43,713 bases of DNA. Origin: a virus. The stretch is taken from IMG/VR virus record IMGVR_UViG_3300029882_000049; one strand, written 5' to 3'. The number at the start of each line of letters is the position of its first letter. The first letter of the stretch is position 1. Positions 7,992 through 15,762 of the stretch are shown piece after piece. Both the position numbers and the translations under genes were made by a program. The notes below the pieces were generated by a model that searched no databases, was not told the origin of the DNA, and saw nothing but the letters and a program-made list of their open reading frames with translations.

Positions 7992-8153
7992 TCAGACTTC
8001 AACAAAAAGTGATTGCTGCTTGTTGACGCATTCAAAGTTGTGTATTCCCTCATGCCCGTAAGGTAAACGGCACTGATTGAACCAAGGGTCTGTCCATGTG
8101 CATTGGTCGTCTAACTCTGAGAAGTATTCTTCGCTCTCCGCATCATCCTTCAT
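7992..8153 (-). CDS. Cys/His-containing micro-protein (53 aa).
   Basis: ATGA overlap with the upstream stop. Hand translation: MKDDAESEEYFSELDDQCTWTDPWFNQCRLPYGHEGIHNFECVNKQQSLFVEV. Confidence 0.45.
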   Translation of the reverse strand: MKDDAESEEYFSELDDQCTWTDPWFNQCRLPYGHEGIHNFECVNKQQSLFVEV

Positions 8154-8410
8154 TTCGCCTCCAGTGCTGATTTTCTACTTGTCGCTTCTTCCTTCAACTT
8201 ATTCACCAGCCACGTATCGCCTGCGGCTTTAGCGGCCTTCGCTGCTGGCTGGAATAGTGCATTGAGGGATTGCAGCGTCTTTGCCTCGCGGATGTCTCTT
8301 AGGGTTTTTGCGTCGGTGATGATGCTGGTTAGTGTGACGTACTTGCTCGGGAAGCACTCAGGCAGAGCGCGAACGTCGCGGATGTAGGAGATTGGGTCGA
8401 AGGCGCTCAT
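8150..8410 (-). CDS. Hypothetical protein (86 aa).
   Basis: ATGA-coupled at both ends. Helical, Lys/Ala-rich C-terminus. Confidence 0.6.
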   Translation of the reverse strand: MSAFDPISYIRDVRALPECFPSKYVTLTSIITDAKTLRDIREAKTLQSLNALFQPAAKAAKAAGDTWLVNKLKEEATSRKSALEAK

Positions 8411-8661
8411 AATGCTCCGGGCCTCTTAGCTCTGAATCTTGGCTTACGCTTCATGCGGCGGTCTAGTTCGTAGCGGACGGCAGCTTCGATATGCTCAAGT
8501 GGAGCGCGAAAGTCGTCTGCCATTTCCTGCATCTCTCGTCCATAGGCAAACTGTCCAGCGACATGCGCCGTGGATATGCGTCTGCCCTCAATACATGGAG
8601 CGCCAGAGTGGACATCCCATTGCGCGGTCACATGCTTGGCGAGTTTATACAACTTACTCAT
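8407..8661 (-). CDS. DUF433-like (antitoxin-like HTH) protein (84 aa).
   Basis: GGAGGGG lies upstream of ATG at 8661. The segment GAPCIEGRRISTAHVAGQFAYGREMQEMADDFRAPLEHIEAAVRYE matches the DUF433 pattern G.P.I.G.RI....V.....G.s..eia..y.l....i.aAl.Y. Confidence 0.5.
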   Translation of the reverse strand: MSKLYKLAKHVTAQWDVHSGAPCIEGRRISTAHVAGQFAYGREMQEMADDFRAPLEHIEAAVRYELDRRMKRKPRFRAKRPGAL

Positions 8662-8695
8662 ATCCCCTCCTCGGCAGTGAATACTAGCCAGCCCA

Positions 8696-8947
8696 TCAGT
8701 TTTGCTCGAATTCTGCCAACGGGTGTTCTTGCTCTTCAAAGTTCTCCGCCATATTGCGCACGACTCTTGAAAAAGCCAGAAGGGTTTTCTTGTTCCACTT
8801 AGCGCCCGAAATTGCGATATCAGCCTTCACGCCCGGACGCAGGGGAACCGAGAATTTCAGCGTCTCCCCGATGTAAAGGTCTGCAATCACCTTCACTGCT
8901 TTATCGAAACGCTTCTTCTCTTCCTGCAATTCATTTTCCTCGCTCAT
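8696..8947 (-). CDS. Hypothetical protein (83 aa).
   Basis: Internal ATG chosen because the longer ORF would overlap the helicase 3' end. Acidic N-terminus. Confidence 0.5.
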   Translation of the reverse strand: MSEENELQEEKKRFDKAVKVIADLYIGETLKFSVPLRPGVKADIAISGAKWNKKTLLAFSRVVRNMAENFEEQEHPLAEFEQN

Positions 8948-8981
8948 TTTTGCCCTTTCCGGCGTTCTTGCCTGTAAGTGC

Positions 8982-10523
8982 TTATGCTGTTGCTTCAACT
9001 TGTGGCGCTGACTTCTTCGACTCACGATACAGCCGAGTTTGCTCTGCATCAAACTCTTTTACTGCCTTGATAGGAGCCTTCGGAACACGCTCTAAACCAA
9101 CAGGCCAAACGCCAAACTTTGTACGATATTTGTGGGCGACCCAACCATCTTTGAATCCACGAGTTTGGGCGATGTAGAGTAAGCCGCTGTAAAAATCCTG
9201 CTTCTCGTCGCGCTTTGGTTTCGGCTCTTTCTTCGGCTTTGTGCCGCCGATAAACTCAGTCAGTTCGCCGTCTTGAATCTGTACCGCGCTCGTAGAAAAC
9301 CACACCTTCCCACAGTTCGGGCAAGTCTTAGCGGACGGCGGCATAATAGCGCGGCACTCTTTACATTTGCGAGGCTTCGGTGGCTCCGGCTCATCGGCAT
9401 ATGCTTCGCCCTTCTCTCCGGGCTTGCGAGTGTCTAGCGTGTCGTGGTGAATATCTGTAATGAGTCCCAGGCGTAAGCAGTTCGCCGCAGGGTCAAGGAT
9501 GATGAGGCTGTCTTTTCCGTCCGCCAAACGAATCCCTCTGCCTAATTTCTGCACAAGCCTAATCTGCGACTTCGTAGGCTGCGCGTCAACGATGCAACGC
9601 ACATCCTCATCTATGCCTGTGATGAGCGTTCCTACCGATGCGATGATGGGAGTCTCGCCGGAGCGGTACGCCTTGAATGTTTCTCTGCGCTCATCTGGCG
9701 TTGATTCGCCGTCCATGTATCCGCATCCGATTCCGGCTTGTTGAAACTCATCTCTGGCGATCTTGGCGTGCGCTCGGTCAACGCAAAAGAGAAACGTGGG
9801 CAAACCATGCGCTTTCTCTTGCCACTCTTTCACGATGTCGCCGATGATGGTTTTCTTGCTCATTTCCGCAGAGGTGGATTTATCCTCAAACTCTCCTGCC
9901 TTGATTTTCATGGCGCGAAAATCTGGCATCACGGACGGCGCGAAGATGCGGAACGGAGTGAGCCAACCCTCTTCGATTAGCTGCTGCGTGGTCGCTGCGA
10001 CAATTAGCTCATCCCAAACCAGCCCCAGCCCCTTGCTCCACGGCGTAGCTGAGAGTCCAATTACGACCTTATCTCGCCAAGCGTCAGACAGGATGATGGC
10101 TTCTAACTTTTCATGCCGCTCGTGCGCCTCGTCGATAATGACCAAATCAACCTCTGGCAGTGGTCGCCGCACCAACGTCTGTACGGATGCAATCTGCGTC
10201 TGCGCTTGCCAGTCCGTCCGCTCGTGCTGCGCTTGAATCACGCCTATGTCTCGGATGCCCTCAGCCTCAAACGCCCGTAGGGTCTGATTTACGAGGTTGA
10301 TGGCTGGGCAGGTAAACATCGACTTCTTGCCCTTCTCGATAGCCCCAGCGATGATATGCGCGGCTATGAGCGTCTTCCCGCCACCCGTAGGCAGCATGAG
10401 TATGATTTTCCGCTTGCCGCTCCGTATAGCCAAACGTATGGCCGCGATAGCCGCCTCCTGACGAGGGCGCAACGGGCGCAAAGCTATCTCATTGGTCGGG
10501 CGGATTAGACCGTACTGGCTCAT
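8982..10523 (-). CDS. SF2 DEAD/DEAH-box DNA helicase with a C-terminal zinc ribbon (513 aa).
   Basis: Walker A MLPTGGGKTLIA, motif II IIDEAHE, motif III LSATP, and later motifs around GRGIR. CKECRAIMPPSAKTCPNCGKVW forms a zinc ribbon. Confidence 0.85.
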   Translation of the reverse strand: MSQYGLIRPTNEIALRPLRPRQEAAIAAIRLAIRSGKRKIILMLPTGGGKTLIAAHIIAGAIEKGKKSMFTCPAINLVNQTLRAFEAEGIRDIGVIQAQHERTDWQAQTQIASVQTLVRRPLPEVDLVIIDEAHERHEKLEAIILSDAWRDKVVIGLSATPWSKGLGLVWDELIVAATTQQLIEEGWLTPFRIFAPSVMPDFRAMKIKAGEFEDKSTSAEMSKKTIIGDIVKEWQEKAHGLPTFLFCVDRAHAKIARDEFQQAGIGCGYMDGESTPDERRETFKAYRSGETPIIASVGTLITGIDEDVRCIVDAQPTKSQIRLVQKLGRGIRLADGKDSLIILDPAANCLRLGLITDIHHDTLDTRKPGEKGEAYADEPEPPKPRKCKECRAIMPPSAKTCPNCGKVWFSTSAVQIQDGELTEFIGGTKPKKEPKPKRDEKQDFYSGLLYIAQTRGFKDGWVAHKYRTKFGVWPVGLERVPKAPIKAVKEFDAEQTRLYRESKKSAPQVEATA

Positions 10524-10741
10524 GCCTCCCCCATGCGAGCAAACTCTAGCGCAAAAATTCGCTTTTCGAGATGGCGGATTGTCTCACTGTTAGCCTCAAA
10601 CTTGCTGCTAATCTGCTGGCGCTCGCCTTCCCGCCAAATGGCTTGCCCAGACATACATTCGTAAAAACGCTTTGTAAGGGTCTTGTCCTCTTCCTGTACC
10701 CGGTTCAATTCTTCCCGTAGCTGCTGCTCTTCGTATGTCAC
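10520..10741 (-). CDS. Hypothetical coiled-coil protein (73 aa).
   Basis: GTG start. Its stop forms an ATGA overlap with the helicase start. Heptad-like, charged sequence. Confidence 0.55.
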   Translation of the reverse strand: MTYEEQQLREELNRVQEEDKTLTKRFYECMSGQAIWREGERQQISSKFEANSETIRHLEKRIFALEFARMGEA

Positions 10742-10757
10742 TGATTTACCCTTTCAG

Positions 10758-10778
10758 GAGTCCTTTGCGGACTCTTTT
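10758..10778 (+). terminator. Terminator-like hairpin with its T-tract on the plus strand.
   Basis: GAGTCC-tttgc-GGACTC followed by TTTT, read on the plus strand. It lies just upstream (minus sense) of the 10741 start. Confidence 0.3.
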
Positions 10779-11066
10779 GCACCCGAGGCTCAATGGGGAC
10801 ACCTTCGGCTTTGGTAAAAATGGAATCCGCTTCGCTATGCGTGGATTAGCCGGGAGCCGCTACGCCCCCGAACGGTCGGACTGCCCTATGCCGGGCGTTG
10901 TCGATTTATCCGTTGGCTGCGTCGTCCCGTCACACCAGTCCCAAAGGCTCCCGTTTTCGGTGAGAGGTCAGTATTCTGACCCAGACATGCTCCCAAAGCC
11001 GCCCCCACAAAAGACGAACCCGGTACAGGCGCGGCAAATGTGAGCTTAGAAAAAGGAATTTGCGTA

Positions 11067-11150
11067 GAGGATGCCGAGGCGCAGAGATGCAATGATTTTC
11101 TTGCCCGAATTGTGGGGGAAAATTGCATTGCTGCCTCACTCGACATCCTC
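11067..11150. other. Imperfect inverted repeat of 84 nt forming a long composite hairpin, inside the non-coding gap.
   Basis: Hand-paired arms: GAGGATG/CATCCTC, GAGGC/GCCTC, and GCAATG..ATTTTC/GAAAATCATTGC (about 24 bp in total) around a 17-nt loop. Confidence 0.6.
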
Positions 11151-11183
11151 ATTGTGCATCAAATCGTGTATGATTGCAACTGC

Positions 11184-11208
11184 GGGGTGAGCCGCGCACC
11201 CCTTCTTT
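11184..11208 (+). terminator. Terminator-like GC-rich hairpin with its T-tract on the plus strand.
   Basis: GGGGTG-agccgcg-CACCCC followed by TTCTTT. Confidence 0.3.
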
Positions 11209-11248
11209 GCCTCCTCGACAGTCGCAGAGACTCCCCCGCAACCATCTT

Positions 11249-11280
11249 GCCGCCTCAGCCTAACCGCTGGGGCGGCTTTG
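11249..11280 (+). terminator. Terminator-like hairpin overlapping the KTSC gene stop.
   Basis: GCCGCC-t-CAGC-ctaacc-GCTG-g-GGCGGC followed by TTTG on the plus strand. Confidence 0.3.
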
Positions 11281-11673
11281 CGTTGGACACCTTGCGGACG
11301 GAAACTTGTTGCGGACATTGGTGGCGAAGAGCTTATCGGGGAACGGGCTGCGAGTGAGTTTGAAGAATTCCTCTTGCGGCACTCCGAGATAGCTGTACGT
11401 GTCGCCGGACGAAAACTCCGCGTAGAGAATGTCTTTCGACCACCCAACCTTGAGGAGATTCCGGCCCTTGGTGGTAACCATCTTGACAGGCTCGACGTAG
11501 ATGCCGAGCGTCTTGTCTGCACGGTAGCCACGGCGCTTCGCTTCCTCCGCGGCCATGCGCTTGAAAGTCTCATCACTTCGCATGGCCGGAACGACGAACT
11601 TATTGAAGTCCTCAAGCGTCACATTCGCCGCAATCTGCCGCTGCCAAACCTCGATTTGTTCTTGCTCATTCAT
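11260..11673 (-). CDS. KTSC domain-containing protein (137 aa).
   Basis: Internal ATG (MNEQEQIEVW). C-terminal LKVGWSKDILYAEFSSGDTYSYLGVPQEEFFKLTRSPFPDKLFATNVRNKF fits the KTSC pattern (L.V.F..G..Y.Y..VP...........S.G..F...I). Confidence 0.55.
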   Translation of the reverse strand: MNEQEQIEVWQRQIAANVTLEDFNKFVVPAMRSDETFKRMAAEEAKRRGYRADKTLGIYVEPVKMVTTKGRNLLKVGWSKDILYAEFSSGDTYSYLGVPQEEFFKLTRSPFPDKLFATNVRNKFPSARCPTQSRPSG

Positions 11674-11726
11674 GGTCACATCCTTGGAATCCAGAGCGGC
11701 TTGCTGAGTTCGGGGAGCATCACTTG

Positions 11727-11927
11727 CTACCGTCCCTGAGGTGGAGCGTCGGGTGACCCACAAGCAACCCACGTCCAACCTTCCATGCAGTCTCTTCCGT
11801 TCCATCTGTAACGCTCAACCCACGGTGTTCGACGATGGCCAGTGGTGCGGACTAAGTGAGCCTGGTCTGCCATAATGAAACCCACAGAGCACATCAACAA
11901 CCCGAGCAGAGCAAAGTATCTGGTCAC
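11727..11927 (-). CDS. Small membrane-anchored protein (66 aa).
   Basis: GTG at 11927 forms a GTGA overlap with the upstream micro-ORF stop. N-terminal TM segment YFALLGLLMCSVGFIM. Confidence 0.4.
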   Translation of the reverse strand: MTRYFALLGLLMCSVGFIMADQAHLVRTTGHRRTPWVERYRWNGRDCMEGWTWVACGSPDAPPQGR

Positions 11928-12058
11928 TGGGGTTCCTCCGAATCGCAAATGTGGTTTCCCATGCAGTCTTCGCATAGACCATCCTCGCCACATTCGTCGC
12001 AGCGTTGAACTTCACCATCATCAATTTCCTTGCAGCACATCGAGCAATTGGTTTTCAT
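11924..12058 (-). CDS. Cys-rich zinc-finger micro-protein (44 aa).
   Basis: Hand translation: MKTNCSMCCKEIDDGEVQRCDECGEDGLCEDCMGNHICDSEEPQ, with 8 Cys in CxxC-type pairs. The ATG lies 2 nt after the upstream stop. Confidence 0.5.
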   Translation of the reverse strand: MKTNCSMCCKEIDDGEVQRCDECGEDGLCEDCMGNHICDSEEPQ

Positions 12059-12060
12059 TT

Positions 12061-12315
12061 CTATTCCTCGCTTTCACTTTTGGGTTGGGGCGTAACGTCC
12101 TGCTGGGCGAACTTTGGCCTGCGCTTTCCCTTGATTGCGTTTGCAGCCTCTTGGAGCACGTTCTCATAGGCGTATTCGAGCGCTTCCTCGAAGGACAACC
12201 CATAATCCTTGCCGCTTCTCCTGCGCAGTTGCTCGACGCTCTGATACTTTGTAATGCGCTTGAGCCTGTCGAAATACAGCATTTCGTTTGCGGATTCCTT
12301 ACCCTTTGTCGGCAT
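12061..12315 (-). CDS. Hypothetical protein (84 aa).
   Basis: GGAGG lies 6 nt upstream of ATG at 12315. Basic and helical. Confidence 0.55.
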   Translation of the reverse strand: MPTKGKESANEMLYFDRLKRITKYQSVEQLRRRSGKDYGLSFEEALEYAYENVLQEAANAIKGKRRPKFAQQDVTPQPKSESEE

Positions 12316-12787
12316 CGCTGACCTCCGTATCGCCATCCTGCGGCCCGCTTGCTGCTACTGGGGCCAAGTCTTTAGGCGAACCCTTCGAGTGTGAGAATAC
12401 AAACTTGAGGCAGTTGTTGCACGCTCCGCACCGACCTAACGTGTAATCTTCCTGCGCTTGGTCTTCGCGGTTATGTCCACACCTGCAAATATCAGTCATG
12501 GGGTCTTTGTTGATAGGCTTGACGCCAGAATTTTCATTCAGCGGGGCAACTGGGGTGCTCGGCTCTGGCTTGGAGGCTGGCATCGGGTTGATTGTGTCGT
12601 ACAAACTCTGCGCGACGTTACGATAGGCGGTGCTCGGCATCGCACCCTCATCGCAATATCGCTGTGCAAGTTCGTCAACCGGGTGCTCGATATTGTTGAT
12701 GTGCGCCCTAATCTTGCCGAAACTCGTATTGCTGTTGTCGGAACTGCTATCCGATTCATTCTGGGGCGCTTGTGACTTATCTGGCAT
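12299..12787 (-). CDS. Hypothetical protein with a Cys cluster (162 aa).
   Basis: Long ORF with a Ser/Asp-rich N-terminus and a CRCGH...CGACNNC cluster. Confidence 0.6.
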   Translation of the reverse strand: MPDKSQAPQNESDSSSDNSNTSFGKIRAHINNIEHPVDELAQRYCDEGAMPSTAYRNVAQSLYDTINPMPASKPEPSTPVAPLNENSGVKPINKDPMTDICRCGHNREDQAQEDYTLGRCGACNNCLKFVFSHSKGSPKDLAPVAASGPQDGDTEVSDADKG

Positions 12788-12795
12788 GGTGTCCT

Positions 12796-12915
12796 CTATT
12801 CGTAATCGGGATTGCTGCGGCTGAGTTCTTGGTCTTCGCGCTCTTGAATCTCGCGCTCGGCGTCTTCGTACATTGGGGATTCGGGGTCGTTTGCGGGATT
12901 ATCGGGAAGGTTCAT
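12796..12915 (-). CDS. Acidic micro-protein (39 aa).
   Basis: Hand translation: MNLPDNPANDPESPMYEDAEREIQEREDQELSRSNPDYE. GAAGAGG upstream. Overlaps the upstream gene by 17 nt. Confidence 0.3.
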   Translation of the reverse strand: MNLPDNPANDPESPMYEDAEREIQEREDQELSRSNPDYE

Positions 12916-13069
12916 TGCTGGCCTCTTCAATCTTGGCAAAACTCAAATGGAAGCGCTCGCGGATATCAGCGATGCGGGCGGCTTCGGCGTAGCCCTTAGA
13001 GCGCAACTCGCGCGCATCTTGGCGGGCCTTCTCTGCTTCAGCGATATGCTTGGCAACTGCTTCGTACAT
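12899..13069 (-). CDS. Hypothetical helical micro-protein (56 aa).
   Basis: Strong AGGAGG lies 5 nt upstream of ATG at 13069. Hand translation begins MYEAVAKHIAEAEKARQDARELRSKGY... Confidence 0.5.
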   Translation of the reverse strand: MYEAVAKHIAEAEKARQDARELRSKGYAEAARIADIRERFHLSFAKIEEASNEPSR

Positions 13070-13179
13070 CACATCCTCCTAATCTTCGTCGCGCTTACTA
13101 TCGCGGTCATACACCCAACCGCAAACGATGATGATGAGCGAGACTCCTATGTATCGCCAAGGAATTTACAGTAGAGCGT

Positions 13180-13881
13180 TCATTCGATAATTCTCCAAAC
13201 CGTAGGCGGTAGACCACGCTTCGCGATCTCTGCCTCAATCTGCTCATTCATCTCCAGCGCATTGAATTCGATCTTGGCGATGGTTTCTTTCCAGTCGGAG
13301 CGGTGGAAGCGGGGAGCTTTGAGCAGCTTGATTGCATCCGGGGCGTAGGGCTGGAAACTCGCCAAGTCCCACCAGTCGCGCTCGGGGAAGCAAATCAGGT
13401 TGCCGAGAACTTGGCCCTTGTACTCATCCACTAGCAGGTTGATGTCCTGGGCGTAGGTGTCATGCGTAGTCTCAGCCGGGCACTTTAGCTCTACGCCGCC
13501 CTTATCGCCTACCAGACCATCCGCAGACGCTCCAAACCAATCCCAGAGAGGGTGCAGGGCGAATCCTACCAGCTCAACCACTTGCTGCGTGTCAACCTCG
13601 TAGAGCATCCGGGCGAACTCTTCCCGGTCGGAGCCGTCCCTCATGTACTGCGTGGTCACGTTGCCCACAGCACGCCCGTAGATACGCTCCACGATGAGCT
13701 TCTGGCGGTACTCAGCCTTCTCTAGAGCCTCTGTGCCAGCTGGGTAGGTGATTCCCTTGCGCGTGGACTGGCGGCTCGTTGGCGGGGCAAGGAGAGCGTC
13801 TACGTTGGAGCCAGTGATGCGGCCAACGCGTGCTGCTATCCAGAGGTCGTCGCCTTGAGTGCATCGAATGATTCTGCTCAT
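13180..13881 (-). CDS. YqaJ-like recombination exonuclease (PD-(D/E)xK), about 233 aa.
   Basis: W..AR.GRITGSNVDALL matches the YqaJ N-terminal motif. ...SADGLV...GGVELKCP supplies the D...ExK core. ATG at 13881 has GGAGG upstream and an ATGA overlap; an alternative ATG lies at 13893. Confidence 0.75.
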   Translation of the reverse strand: MSRIIRCTQGDDLWIAARVGRITGSNVDALLAPPTSRQSTRKGITYPAGTEALEKAEYRQKLIVERIYGRAVGNVTTQYMRDGSDREEFARMLYEVDTQQVVELVGFALHPLWDWFGASADGLVGDKGGVELKCPAETTHDTYAQDINLLVDEYKGQVLGNLICFPERDWWDLASFQPYAPDAIKLLKAPRFHRSDWKETIAKIEFNALEMNEQIEAEIAKRGLPPTVWRIIE

Positions 13882-14117
13882 TGCTGCCTCCATTGGTAAT
13901 CGTTGTAGCCTTGTGCGCCAGAGGCGTGAAGGGGATGGCTGTCGATTAGTCGGTCAAGACATTTCTTGCAGCAATCAATACTCTCAAGGGATAGGTATGG
14001 GGTAGTGCTTCTACCCTCCGTTTGCTCCGTGGTGAACACCATCTGCACGGCAACCTTCTTGGATTGGGCGGGTAGTTCCTCTTTGCATAGGTCACACCTA
14101 ACAATGGTCGTGGTCAT
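13878..14117 (-). CDS. Zinc-ribbon small protein (79 aa).
   Basis: CDLC...CCKKC cysteine pairs. ATGA-coupled to the Erf stop. Confidence 0.55.
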   Translation of the reverse strand: MTTTIVRCDLCKEELPAQSKKVAVQMVFTTEQTEGRSTTPYLSLESIDCCKKCLDRLIDSHPLHASGAQGYNDYQWRQQ

Positions 14118-14917
14118 TTGGATTTCCTCAATTCCTTCAGGCGTTCGTCTCGCGCTTCGGTGTAGATAGTCATAGCCCGGTAATCTGGCGGGGTGAACTT
14201 CTTGGCCGATTCGATGGCCTTAGTCCATGCCGCCATCACCTTCACAGCGTCTTCCTCTGCTCGGATAGCCGCAATGTGGATATCAGCCTCACCCTGAGTC
14301 ATTCCCGGCAAGTTGCCGTCATTGTCCGTGTTGGAAGCGACGATGCCGCAGGTAGCCAAGAACGTGTAGCGCTCAAGGTAGGACGTAGAGGAACCAACGC
14401 CCTGAATGGGGTTCTTGCCGCCGCTCTGGTCAGCAGGGCCAGCCAGTGAAGCGCCCTCCTCCTCATAGCCCAGCCTGTGCCGCAGGAAGCAGGTAACGCG
14501 GGTCATGCCACCGGGAAGGTCTGTGCATTTCCAGCGGTGCGTTATGCCGACCTTGAGAAGCGCGGGAATCAGCAGCTCGCAAGCCTTGTCCAGTTCGACG
14601 TGGTAGTAGCTCGTCGCCGGGGAATCAGCCTTCTTGCTCTCGAAGTAGACGTGCTTGGTCTTGAGAATCCGGGGAGCATCGTCCTTGAACTTCTTGAACG
14701 CCTCCGCAAACTCAACCTTCGCCTGGCGCTCCAACTTCTCCCAATCGAATCTGTCCCGGCTCTGGCGCATCTCTTCCCACTTGGTTTCAAGGTCAACAAT
14801 CTGCTTGGCAATCTCAATTGCAGCCTGCGGGTCTGTCACCTTGCGGGATAGCTCCGCGAGAAGCTGCATCCCTGACGGCGTGGTTGCTACGCGCTCAATT
14901 TGCGTGTTTTCTGGCAC
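14114..14917 (-). CDS. erf: ERF-family single-strand annealing protein (267 aa).
   Basis: LIPALLKVGITHRW...LRHRLGYEE...NPIQGVGSSTSYLERYTFLATCGIVASNTDNDGN matches ERF hallmarks (P.L.k.Gi, H.sG, Q..GS..tY.rRY.l...Gi..D.D). GTG start with AAGGAG upstream. Confidence 0.7.
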   Translation of the reverse strand: MPENTQIERVATTPSGMQLLAELSRKVTDPQAAIEIAKQIVDLETKWEEMRQSRDRFDWEKLERQAKVEFAEAFKKFKDDAPRILKTKHVYFESKKADSPATSYYHVELDKACELLIPALLKVGITHRWKCTDLPGGMTRVTCFLRHRLGYEEEGASLAGPADQSGGKNPIQGVGSSTSYLERYTFLATCGIVASNTDNDGNLPGMTQGEADIHIAAIRAEEDAVKVMAAWTKAIESAKKFTPPDYRAMTIYTEARDERLKELRKSK

Positions 14918-14945
14918 TGTATTGCTCCTTAGAGTTCTGATTCGG

Positions 14946-15506
14946 TTACTTGGCTTTCGGGTGGATGCAGCTTGAATCGTTCTGCTGGTTTATTTTCTGG
15001 TCTTCCAAGCTGCGAACGCGAAAAACGTCTGACAGCATACAGTTGACGGTTTCGTGTAGCTTGGCGCGCAACCCATCTTTCAGGGAAGCCGCTACATTGA
15101 CCATGTGCTGTTTCATTTCTCCGTGGAAGTCGGAAGCGACCATGTTGAGCATCACCCATTCGGCGCGGGTGGTTTTGTTGTAGCTATTATCGGCGGGATT
15201 TCCCTGCTTATCCACCATCTGATTCCAGTAACCAGCAACCTGCTTCTCAAGCTCCGCAGCGATTGTTGTCGGATCGCCTGTAGGTTGACCGAAAGAATTG
15301 GCCTTGCGGTAGGGCCGCTCGAATCCTGCCTTGATAGCGCCCATCACGGCATCGCTAATCTGCTTGTCGGCAGTCTCTTTGAAGATGTTGTCAATGCGGC
15401 GCTCAACGGTTTTAGCTACGAGGTCACGCAAACCATCAGCTTCGATAAGCTCGCCCGCAACTTGCTCAACAATCGCTAACTCGACTTTATTCTGGTCAAT
15501 CTGCAT
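14946..15506 (-). CDS. Hypothetical protein (186 aa).
   Basis: AAGGAG lies upstream of the internal ATG at 15506. The longer ORF would overlap the upstream gene. Confidence 0.6.
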   Translation of the reverse strand: MQIDQNKVELAIVEQVAGELIEADGLRDLVAKTVERRIDNIFKETADKQISDAVMGAIKAGFERPYRKANSFGQPTGDPTTIAAELEKQVAGYWNQMVDKQGNPADNSYNKTTRAEWVMLNMVASDFHGEMKQHMVNVAASLKDGLRAKLHETVNCMLSDVFRVRSLEDQKINQQNDSSCIHPKAK

Positions 15507-15531
15507 TTTCTTGCTCCTTGGTAGAGGGTTA

Positions 15532-15762
15532 CTAAAACTTGATGTCTTGGTTGTCTGGTTCAGGTGGGGCTTGAATCTGCAACCAGACGTTAGCGAAGTT
15601 TTCAGGCAAACCCCTATTGCCGCCTGCCGTCCCGTTGTAGAGATATCTGCGCTCCCACATCGTTCCGTCCTCGCATACAACTGCGAAGATGCCTTCCTGA
15701 TGCTCGGTATCGCTCACCACAACCAACTGGCGAACCTTGCGGCCTTCAATTGCTTCGCTCAT
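15532..15762 (-). CDS. Hypothetical protein (76 aa).
   Basis: ATGA-coupled to the upstream micro-ORF. Protein-like composition. Confidence 0.6.
   Translation of the reverse strand: MSEAIEGRKVRQLVVVSDTEHQEGIFAVVCEDGTMWERRYLYNGTAGGNRGLPENFANVWLQIQAPPEPDNQDIKF

Noticed and set aside
10735-11615. ORFs 10735..11043(+), 10886..11152(-), 10930..11139(-), 11040..11357(+) and 11136..11615(-) inside or around the non-coding gap.
   Set aside because: Their compositions are not protein-like (Arg/Ser/Pro/Cys-rich, low complexity). They lack RBSs, overlap each other or the KTSC gene, and coincide with strong hairpins. They are treated as spurious ORFs in GC-rich sequence.
11815-12321. ORFs 11815..12024(-) and 11875..12321(+) as the genes filling 11.7-12.06 kb.
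   Set aside because: A 44-aa Cys-rich ORF (11924..12058) and a GTGA-coupled 66-aa membrane ORF (11727..11927) explain the interval better. They keep the operon strand and the coupling pattern, whereas the plus-strand ORF runs antisense through two supported genes.
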